Virus record (IMG/VR): IMGVR_UViG_3300031227_000043 | Coordinates: 1-59,422 of that record | Source: a virus | Lineage: Duplodnaviria; Caudoviricetes | Length of the DNA stretch: 59,422 bases | Strand: one strand, 5' to 3' | In this document: piece by piece, positions 9,922 through 17,229 of the stretch | Layout: each line of letters opens with the position of its first letter | Numbering within the stretch: the first letter of the stretch is position 1 | Made by a program: the position numbers and the translations under genes | The notes under the pieces: generated by a model | Told to the model about the DNA's origin: nothing | Seen by the model: only the letters and a program-made list of their open reading frames with translations | The model's database searches: none

Positions 9922-10494
9922 ATGACTGAGAAATGTGTGAGACGCAAAACCAATAGCGCGACAGAGTTGATGAAGATTATAGCGGCAGAGGTGGTGAGTG
10001 GGAAGACTGCAGGTATAATGACGGCAGCCAGGGTGCATGCCAGAGCAGCAGCAGAAGACTATGTGAGCCAGCACCTGGATGCTGGAGCGATGGATATTGT
10101 TCGCGAAGAGGCCGGAAGGGTTGGCAGAAAGGCTGCCCAGGAGGAAGTATGCAACCCTAGACACTGGGAATCGGTCGAAGGCATAGCACGTAGGACAGCC
10201 ACGAATGAGATACGCCATAACATAGAGGTATATGCCCGGTCAGCTGCGGAAGAGAGGACCAATGAGATATTGGCAAAGGGCAAGTCATGCCAGGAGCTGA
10301 TGGGACTCACCAGGGCTGGCAAAAGTTGGCCTGAGATAGAGGATAGGGTGCTGGAAGCTGAGCTCAAGAAGGCCATCAGGATAATATCCGATAACCACGG
10401 TCGCACTGAAGGCGCCATTATATCCAGGATATCCCAGAGCAATAAATGCCGGGAAGTGTTGGGTCTGGCAGGCTCAGCGAAAGAGAGGTGGTAG
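9922..10494 (+). CDS. Helical protein with C-terminal Myb/HTH-like motif, paralog of 8208-8720
   Basis: RAGKSWPEIEDRVL...ISDNHGRTEGAIISRI; RBS AAGGAGG. Confidence 0.7.
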   Translation: MTEKCVRRKTNSATELMKIIAAEVVSGKTAGIMTAARVHARAAAEDYVSQHLDAGAMDIVREEAGRVGRKAAQEEVCNPRHWESVEGIARRTATNEIRHNIEVYARSAAEERTNEILAKGKSCQELMGLTRAGKSWPEIEDRVLEAELKKAIRIISDNHGRTEGAIISRISQSNKCREVLGLAGSAKERW

Positions 10495-10497
10495 GCT

Positions 10498-10893
10498 ATG
10501 GGACATTTCCTAGCTACAATAGAGGGCAATAGAGGTGAGGCGAGCAGGATAGGCACCAAGGGCAGTGGCATAGCCGCTACGGTTAACGGCTGGGACTGTG
10601 GGATATCGGTGTCGGGGATATGTAATGGCGATACCGGCCAGGATGAGTTTGAGGTTACATTAACCAGTGGCAGTGGATATGGCAGGAGTAGGCATATTGG
10701 GACATTTATCAAGGAGGACATAGAGAAGCTGGAGGAGGCAGGAGCCAATAGGATTGACAGGACGCAAATTGAGCCAAGAGAACTCCTGGATGATGAGCAG
10801 CCAGAGGGATACATGGAGAGCGATAATGACTTTGTTCTGCACAACATTGGAGTGTGCGTGGAGTTTCTGGAAGGTAATAAAGGAGGCAATTAG
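10498..10893 (+). CDS. Early hypothetical protein
   Basis: Gly-rich beta-type N-terminal domain; in-operon. Confidence 0.75.
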   Translation: MGHFLATIEGNRGEASRIGTKGSGIAATVNGWDCGISVSGICNGDTGQDEFEVTLTSGSGYGRSRHIGTFIKEDIEKLEEAGANRIDRTQIEPRELLDDEQPEGYMESDNDFVLHNIGVCVEFLEGNKGGN

Positions 10894-10896
10894 ACA

Positions 10897-11790
10897 ATGC
10901 CATATATCAGATACATATACAAGAAGTTCAGCGCTAAGTCATTGCGCAAGATCGACCAGGCAGAGGCAATCATACAGGAATATGCTGCAGATGGTTATGA
11001 TTTGACATTGCGTCAGCTATATTATCAATTTGTAGCCAGGGACCTGATACCTAATAAGCAGACCGAATACAAGAATCTGGGATCTGTGATCAGTGACGGT
11101 AGATTAGCGGGCCTGATCGACTGGGACAGTATAGTGGACCGCACCAGGGAGCTGAAGGCGTTAGGCCACTGGAATAGCCCTGCAGATGTGCTGGACAGTG
11201 CAGCCTACAGCTATAGGACGGATCTATGGCAGAGTCAGCCATATAGGCTGGAGGTCTGGATTGAGAAGGAGGCGCTGGCTGGTGTCATTGAGGGAGTATG
11301 TAAGCAATGGGATGTACCATACTTCAGCTGCAAGGGTTATAATAGCCAGAGTGAGATGTGGAGGGCTGGACAGCGGCTGCTGGAGTTAGCAGAGAGCGGC
11401 TACATGGTACGTGTGCTGCATTTAGGTGACCACGACCCTAGTGGCATAGACATGACACGGGACATCAGAGATAGGCTGAATATGTTTGCTGAGCCCAATG
11501 ACATAGTAGTTAAGCGGATAGCGCTCAATATGGATCAGGTAGAGGAGCTGAAGCCGCCGCCTAACTTTGCCAAACTCAGTGATGCTAGATCAGCTGACTA
11601 TATTGCAGAGTATGGTGATGAGAGCTGGGAATTGGATGCGCTGAGCCCGGCATATATCAATGATCTGATACAGGAGGAGGTTGCTGAGGTATTGGACCAG
11701 GATGCATGGCAGTCGGCTAAGGCAGAGGATGAGGCAGACAGGCAGAAGCTGGGAGCAGTAGCTGATGAATTCAGGAGTGGTGACAGATAA
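10897..11790 (+). CDS. Topoisomerase VI-A/Spo11-like winged-helix + TOPRIM protein
   Basis: TLRQLYY (catalytic-Tyr-type motif), EVWIEKEA and GDHDPSG TOPRIM motifs, RIAL, WELDAL. Confidence 0.75.
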   Translation: MPYIRYIYKKFSAKSLRKIDQAEAIIQEYAADGYDLTLRQLYYQFVARDLIPNKQTEYKNLGSVISDGRLAGLIDWDSIVDRTRELKALGHWNSPADVLDSAAYSYRTDLWQSQPYRLEVWIEKEALAGVIEGVCKQWDVPYFSCKGYNSQSEMWRAGQRLLELAESGYMVRVLHLGDHDPSGIDMTRDIRDRLNMFAEPNDIVVKRIALNMDQVEELKPPPNFAKLSDARSADYIAEYGDESWELDALSPAYINDLIQEEVAEVLDQDAWQSAKAEDEADRQKLGAVADEFRSGDR

Positions 11791-11818
11791 TAGGTAGCAG
11801 AGAGGAGGCAAATAGACA

Positions 11819-12640
11819 ATGACATTAATATCAGGGACGAAGACAGCACGAGTAGAGGAGGCGGCGGTATTGAGTGTGCCGGAGCCCAAATGGACTGACA
11901 CATGGCACCCTGTAGGGCACCGGACAGTAATCAGGGCGCTGGAGATCGCGGTCAAGAAGACTGGGCTCGATACAGTGAGTAGGCAGTATAGCATGAACAC
12001 CGGTGGCAAGACTCCGGGCAGTAAGATGTTCGGCGTCTGGATGCTTGATCAGCGCACCAATGGCAACAGCTGGAGCATAGGGTTCAGGCAGTCTATAGAT
12101 AGGAGTATGGCGTTGGGCATATGTGCTGGTGTGACCGTGATGGTGTGCGATAACATGGTCATGAGTGGTGAGTTTATCGAATTCAGGAAGCATACCAGTG
12201 GGCTCAATGCTGATGCGGTGTTTAAATTAGCAGCAGTGGCAGTGGATCAGGTCATAATCAAGATCATGGAGTTAGATGCGTGGCATCAATCACTGAAGCA
12301 GATAGCAATAGATGATGGCGCATATAAGAGTTTGGTATATGACGGTATGGTTAACGGTATCATACAGCCCAGGAGGTTTAATGAGTTCCAGGAGGCCCAT
12401 GCCAGGGAGATGGAATTGAGTAGCAGTGATATAGACCAGCAGGGGGCCATGACGCTGTATACGTATCATGGAGCTGCTACTAGGTTGATGCGGAGTGAGG
12501 CACTGTTTAGGGTTAGTAGTAGGAATGCGGCACTGGAGCAGTTGATGAATGGCAGAATAGAGGCGGTGGCAATAGGGCAGGATAGGGCAGTAGCAGACCC
12601 GGAAGACCCATTGATTGCTGCTGTTGTTCCTTATAATTAA
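11819..12640 (+). CDS. DUF932/DUF945-like protein
   Basis: T-W-H-P-V-G-H, GFRQS-x-D, G-x3-MVCDN and RKHT motifs. Confidence 0.7.
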   Translation: MTLISGTKTARVEEAAVLSVPEPKWTDTWHPVGHRTVIRALEIAVKKTGLDTVSRQYSMNTGGKTPGSKMFGVWMLDQRTNGNSWSIGFRQSIDRSMALGICAGVTVMVCDNMVMSGEFIEFRKHTSGLNADAVFKLAAVAVDQVIIKIMELDAWHQSLKQIAIDDGAYKSLVYDGMVNGIIQPRRFNEFQEAHAREMELSSSDIDQQGAMTLYTYHGAATRLMRSEALFRVSSRNAALEQLMNGRIEAVAIGQDRAVADPEDPLIAAVVPYN

Positions 12641-12667
12641 ACGTGGAATAGGAGGAGGTAATTGGCA

Positions 12668-12895
12668 ATGACTCATAGAGTATGGCATATCGAGAAGAGT
12701 GGTATCTACATCCAGGGCATTTATGGCGTATTCTCAACTAAGGATAAGGCCATAGCAGCAGCCAAAAGAGCTAAAACTGGAGAGAAAGATGATTACCATA
12801 GCTTCTGGGTGATTGGCAGTGAATTGGATGCCGAGGGTTATGGACACTTAGAGGAGGTGCCGGTGTTTAAGGGCACCCATGGAGGCAATAGGTAA
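12668..12895 (+). CDS. Small early protein
   Basis: IYGVFSTKDKAIAA motif common in small phage proteins; RBS GGAGGAGG. Confidence 0.65.
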   Translation: MTHRVWHIEKSGIYIQGIYGVFSTKDKAIAAAKRAKTGEKDDYHSFWVIGSELDAEGYGHLEEVPVFKGTHGGNR

Positions 12896-13254
12896 TGACT
12901 GAACTGAACGAGCTAAGTGGTGGCCGCACACACATAGGCACCATAGATACTGTAATGGGGCATCCCATGAGCGGTATGTGGACACTGACATTCACAGATG
13001 GTCCGGTGGTGCATATAAGCAGTGGGCGTGGTGTTAGGCAATTAGCAGCAGCGTTTGGCGCTACGGAGGGTGCTGGCGACCTGATACCCAAGATCAAGGG
13101 GCAAAAGATAGTGTATGCCGCCGATATGTTTGATGTGTTGGCAGGCTTTACGCCTATTGATGCTTGGCAAGGTCCAGAGATCCCTGCTGAAGGCATTGAC
13201 AATGATGAGCTGAATGAACTGCTGGGGAAGCTGATAGAGGAAGGAGGCAAATAG
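12895..13254 (+). CDS. Early hypothetical protein
   Basis: TAATG coupling; RBS GGAGG. Confidence 0.75.
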   Translation: MTELNELSGGRTHIGTIDTVMGHPMSGMWTLTFTDGPVVHISSGRGVRQLAAAFGATEGAGDLIPKIKGQKIVYAADMFDVLAGFTPIDAWQGPEIPAEGIDNDELNELLGKLIEEGGK

Positions 13255-13255
13255 C

Positions 13256-13438
13256 ATGTATGGTATACGAGAAATAGTAGCCATGAACACAGATGAAGGA
13301 CTGCGGCACCTGGCTGGTATAGCGGTAGTGCATGTTAGTAGGCAGCGACCGAGAGAGAAGAAGCTGCAGGAAGTGGTAATGGAGATTGCCATACCATTGA
13401 GCAAGGGCAATAGCAAGACAAAGCCAGAGGAGGTATAG
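13256..13438 (+). CDS. Small early protein
   Basis: RBS AAGGAGG. Confidence 0.6.
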   Translation: MYGIREIVAMNTDEGLRHLAGIAVVHVSRQRPREKKLQEVVMEIAIPLSKGNSKTKPEEV

Positions 13439-13443
13439 AGGAT

Positions 13444-14238
13444 ATGTACAACATCGACACTATGAATAGGTTGAATGCGGAAGCAGTGCAGAAGCATATA
13501 GATGAGGTATTGCATGCTGTAGAAGATCAGCAGTGTGCAGCCTGTATGGGTAGTGGTAGCATTGAGGCCCAAGATACCAGTCTGATAATGAACTGCCTCG
13601 ACTGCGAGGGTGAGGGTATTGTAAAAGTGGTAGCCGAGGATGCAACCAAATGCGACTACTGTGATGAGGTTGCGGTAGTGGCAATACCAATATATAATCC
13701 GGCAGATGCAGTGAGGGAGCCGCCTGTGGAAGGCGCGTATGGCATGATCAATATGTGTGATAAGCACCAGGGCGAGGGTTATGAAATGGAGGAGGCGTTC
13801 TATTGTGAGGGCTGCGGCAAGCTGTTTATTACACATCATAGCTGGGATAGTCTGGTGGTGGTTATAGATGATGAACAGTATTGCCAGGAGTGCGCACTGG
13901 AACACGTAGAGCTGCGGCCAGTAGCTGATGTAGTAGCTGAGTTGCAGGCTGCCGAAGTGTCGAATTGGTATCGGATAAGCAAGGCGCCCGGATATGATGA
14001 GATATGGTCTGGGGAATACTGCGAGTCTCCTGACTTTCCTGGATATACGAGCCTGGATCGTGTAGCTGACGATATTGAGAAGGCATGTGAGGAGGCACAT
14101 GTTACGGAGGTGCTGACGTTCGTGACGCAGAATTACCAATTCAGTGTGGTGCTAGGCGTATTTGCTAAGACAGCAGAGGTGGCAGCAGTGGCAGAGGTGG
14201 CAGCGGAAGGAGGCAGCGATGTTGTTGGGGATAAGTAG
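13444..14238 (+). CDS. Acidic multi-zinc-finger protein
   Basis: CxxCxGxG pair (DnaJ-type Zn finger) plus CDYC, CDKH, CEGC and CQEC. Confidence 0.75.
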   Translation: MYNIDTMNRLNAEAVQKHIDEVLHAVEDQQCAACMGSGSIEAQDTSLIMNCLDCEGEGIVKVVAEDATKCDYCDEVAVVAIPIYNPADAVREPPVEGAYGMINMCDKHQGEGYEMEEAFYCEGCGKLFITHHSWDSLVVVIDDEQYCQECALEHVELRPVADVVAELQAAEVSNWYRISKAPGYDEIWSGEYCESPDFPGYTSLDRVADDIEKACEEAHVTEVLTFVTQNYQFSVVLGVFAKTAEVAAVAEVAAEGGSDVVGDK

Positions 14239-14518
14239 TGGCAAGGAGCGAGACCAGGGACAGCAGCCTCCACCTATAACCTATGTGTCATGTCCACCAG
14301 GGCGCAGGTTCAAGGCTGGCAGCAGAGTGCCTGTACAGGTATGTAGAGCGCATAGTGAAGATCCAGAACATGAATGCTACGGCTGCAATATATGGAAGAT
14401 GTTCTGCAGAGGTGTTAGGTTGGTGCCGCCGCCTAAACAAGGTGTGAGGCTGATACCGCCTAAGCCTGTAGGTGTGCGATTGGTGCCGCCGTCTGGAGGT
14501 GATGCCAATGTCAGCTGA
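14219..14518 (+). CDS. Small Cys-containing protein with 3x GVRL(V/I)PP repeat
   Basis: RBS AAGGAGG; tandem repeat visible in DNA at ~14411-14491. Confidence 0.6.
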   Translation: MLLGISSGKERDQGQQPPPITYVSCPPGRRFKAGSRVPVQVCRAHSEDPEHECYGCNIWKMFCRGVRLVPPPKQGVRLIPPKPVGVRLVPPSGGDANVS

Positions 14519-14951
14519 TGGCCTATTTGTGTGGTGCAGGCCCGCTAGTGCTAAGCTAACCAGTAGGGCATGTGGTTGCAGACGACGCAAGGCCCATGGT
14601 GCTCTCATGGATATAGCAGCAGGGATCAAGCTGGCCAGTGTGTCCGACATAGAGCTAAGCTGCCTCATGGACTGCAGCGTGTGTGAGTATACGCAGCACT
14701 GGGGCAGCCTATGGGGGGTATTTCAGAAGGCGATCAGATCAGAACTTATAGCATTGGTAGATCAGTTGGACAGCATAGACTGGGATAAGTATGACCCGGA
14801 GGTGCAGCAGGCTACCAAGCGTGCCAGGTACAAGAGGCAGTGGCAGAATAGGAAGAGGAGGAGGATGGAGGTCATGGTGGCCAAGAAGCAGCAGGCAGAG
14901 GCAGAGCTGCAGGATATGATGGATACGGAGGCATTAGACAATGGGCATTAG
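14502..14951 (+). CDS. Hypothetical protein, Cys-containing, basic C-terminus
   Basis: RBS GGAGGTG; in-operon. Confidence 0.65.
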   Translation: MPMSADGLFVWCRPASAKLTSRACGCRRRKAHGALMDIAAGIKLASVSDIELSCLMDCSVCEYTQHWGSLWGVFQKAIRSELIALVDQLDSIDWDKYDPEVQQATKRARYKRQWQNRKRRRMEVMVAKKQQAEAELQDMMDTEALDNGH

Positions 14952-15327
14952 CATAGATAGAGTTCGTATAGAGGTAGAGTCCCGTATATTTATTCCCTTT
15001 GACTGGCTAGACCCGACGCCTGGAGGCAGTAACCTCGGTCGCGCTGAATTCCAGGTGTGCTGTAAATTCAATGGCGGTAGCAGGCGCAAGAGTTTTGAGC
15101 TTTGGGTCGATCCTGTCCAGACGCGCTTAACAGAGTGGTGGCATTACCCAAAGGGTGACCGCACGTTTACTATTCAGGCATATGAGGGCTTAGACAAACC
15201 TGATGTATGGATGGTGGGTTGGTGCCCGGAGCACAAGACTAATTTCATGCGCATATATACACCTACGGACACCAAGTATTTGCTCATTGACCAATTCGGC
15301 TTAAAATTCACTAAAACCGTTTGGTAA
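14941..15327 (+). CDS. Hypothetical protein
   Basis: RBS GGAGG. Confidence 0.7.
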   Translation: MGISIDRVRIEVESRIFIPFDWLDPTPGGSNLGRAEFQVCCKFNGGSRRKSFELWVDPVQTRLTEWWHYPKGDRTFTIQAYEGLDKPDVWMVGWCPEHKTNFMRIYTPTDTKYLLIDQFGLKFTKTVW

Positions 15328-15346
15328 TAGAGAGGAGGTGAGGAGG

Positions 15347-15532
15347 ATGAAACTTTGGGCTGAGATGGCGTGCGAGGAATTAGACGCTGGCTTCTTCTCT
15401 GGTGACACATTTGACAGCGAAGAGGACCTCAAGGAAGTGGCAGACTATGTACAGCGATGGGGCAAATCAATCACAGAAAGACTACACGATATCAATATTG
15501 CAAAGGAGGAATTGCACAATGGCAAAGAATAG
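15347..15532 (+). CDS. Small hypothetical protein
   Basis: RBS GGAGG; in-operon. Confidence 0.6.
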   Translation: MKLWAEMACEELDAGFFSGDTFDSEEDLKEVADYVQRWGKSITERLHDINIAKEELHNGKE

Positions 15533-15917
15533 CATATGGAGTGACGAGACCCAGTTAAAGATGGATGCGGCAGGTGGGATCACGGACACAATCAGGGTAG
15601 GACTTCAGCAGGCCATATTGAAGAGGCACAAGGCCAAGGATATGGCTGACGAGGCCAAGGCGTTGAATAAGGAGGCTAACGGTGTGCTGCAGCCCTTGCT
15701 TGAGGCTACCGACATTGACAAGATCGAGATGTTGGGCGTAGGAGCGGTTAGTATTGAGACGTCACAGCGGAAGGCGGCAGTGGATCTGGAGGAGTTTGAG
15801 AGGAGGTTATTGGAGAAAGGTATTGAGGCGGCCATTATCAAAGAGGCACACGAGTACGCTACTGGTAAGCTGCCTAAGTCATCAGTCAAGGTGGTGTTTA
15901 GGGCAGCTAAGGTATAA
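15519..15917 (+). CDS. Coiled-coil protein (Gam/Gp157-like architecture)
   Basis: RBS AAGGAGG; helical coiled coil followed by short beta strands. Confidence 0.55.
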   Translation: MAKNSIWSDETQLKMDAAGGITDTIRVGLQQAILKRHKAKDMADEAKALNKEANGVLQPLLEATDIDKIEMLGVGAVSIETSQRKAAVDLEEFERRLLEKGIEAAIIKEAHEYATGKLPKSSVKVVFRAAKV

Positions 15918-15925
15918 GGGGGTAC

Positions 15926-16180
15926 ATGATTATGAGTGGAAGCGTATTAGGTAGTGGCAGGAAAGAGGATGATCAGGGCCTGGTAGAGCTGCGGCCATGG
16001 ACTAGGTCAACTGCATTTATAGAGACGGTTGATGGCAATTTGCCATATAGAGAGTGGATTGACAAAGAGGCAGTGCGTATTGGCAAGGCGCCTGGCAGGA
16101 CAGTAATGGTCAAGACCAGGCCGTTGTTTAATGGCGGTGAAGAGGTCTCGCTTTGGGTGAATGATGTAGGTGAGAGCTGA
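15926..16180 (+). CDS. Hypothetical protein
   Basis: In-operon ORF. Confidence 0.65.
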   Translation: MIMSGSVLGSGRKEDDQGLVELRPWTRSTAFIETVDGNLPYREWIDKEAVRIGKAPGRTVMVKTRPLFNGGEEVSLWVNDVGES

Positions 16181-16222
16181 TAGGCAATAGGCAGTAGGCA
16201 ATATGAAAGGAGGATTTATATT

Positions 16223-16486
16223 ATGCGTATGCGAAAGATACTAATGACATTAATACTGATGATTGCAATAGTCATAGGCTTGGCAGGCTGCGGCTATGAC
16301 CCGGAAGGGTGCTACGACACTGTAGCTAAGGCCTACCCGGATGCTATTGTCATGATTATACCGGGCGAAGACTACAGGTTCATAGTTATTGGTGGCCATG
16401 GCGAAGTCCGGTACATTGAGACAATGAATCCATTAGACAGACTCATCTCACAGGACTTTGAAGTTAGGCAGAGGCAGCAGCAGTAG
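16223..16486 (+). CDS. Predicted lipoprotein
   Basis: Basic N-terminus, hydrophobic core, lipobox LAGC. Confidence 0.75.
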   Translation: MRMRKILMTLILMIAIVIGLAGCGYDPEGCYDTVAKAYPDAIVMIIPGEDYRFIVIGGHGEVRYIETMNPLDRLISQDFEVRQRQQQ

Positions 16487-16495
16487 GCAATAGGT

Positions 16496-16546
16496 GAGCC
16501 CCAGCAGGCAGGCAGCAGGAAGATGCCAGACCTCTGGGGCTCTTTT
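16496..16546 (+). terminator. Intrinsic terminator of the early operon
   Basis: GAGCCCCAG...CTGGGGCTC stem followed by TTTT, at the convergence of + and - operons. Confidence 0.7.
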
Positions 16547-16560
16547 GTGTCTGGGCTATC

Positions 16561-17154
16561 CTACTTATAGCGGAAGCGGTCAGTTTCAGAATCACCAGGC
16601 ATACGACCCATAGGGTAGAGGCAATAGTGGATGCCAGGATCATGCCCATAGTCCAGCACAACCTCAGCCTCTGCATTCGTGACATACCTTTCAAGATCGT
16701 TTCTCCAACCATAACCCTTCCTTGACCGCTTTCTTACTACCTTCCAGCCATAATATGACAGTCTTGCGGTTAGGCCCTTCCTCCAGAAGCCCAACTCTTT
16801 TTCCATTTGCCGCAGAGAGCGCAATCGGCTAAAGGACTCCAACAGCACCTCCTCTGTTATATCCTTTCTCCACTTTGAGTGCTGCTCCTTTCGATTCTTT
16901 GGAGAATTTAGGTACTTAACGAGATGACTGTGCAGGTTTGTGTGGCTCAGGCCATCTATTAATTCTAAATTCTCTATCCTATTGTCCGACCTATTCATAT
17001 TAATGTGGTGGACAGTCTCTGCAGGCTTTAACGGTCTGCCCAGGTGCAGTGCCATTATCAGTCTGTGCTCATATCCTGTAAGTAGCACATAACCGTCCTT
17101 GTTTTGCCCTCCTCGCATAGCCGATAGTATTATTTCCACGTCTTTCTTTGTCAT
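16561..17154 (-). CDS. HNH homing endonuclease
   Basis: EHRLIM...LGRPL...VHHIN-x-NRSDNRIENLEL...H motif and C-terminal HTH; adjacent to the polymerase gene. Confidence 0.85.
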   Translation of the reverse strand: MTKKDVEIILSAMRGGQNKDGYVLLTGYEHRLIMALHLGRPLKPAETVHHINMNRSDNRIENLELIDGLSHTNLHSHLVKYLNSPKNRKEQHSKWRKDITEEVLLESFSRLRSLRQMEKELGFWRKGLTARLSYYGWKVVRKRSRKGYGWRNDLERYVTNAEAEVVLDYGHDPGIHYCLYPMGRMPGDSETDRFRYK

Positions 17155-17182
17155 GGTGGTCTCCTTTTAATAGGTTTCCACG

Positions 17183-17211
17183 GTAATATCCCACCTACCC
17201 ATCAAAGTCAA
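17183..17211 (-). promoter_or_regulatory. Possible promoter for HNH gene
   Basis: TTGACT-17 bp-TATTAC. Confidence 0.4.
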
Positions 17212-17229
17212 GCTAAAACTCCATCAAAT

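Noticed and set aside
10059-14139. Long antisense ORFs (10059-10889, 13042-14139) and other shadow ORFs
   Set aside because: They overlap RBS-supported genes on the opposite strand and lack RBSs or motifs.
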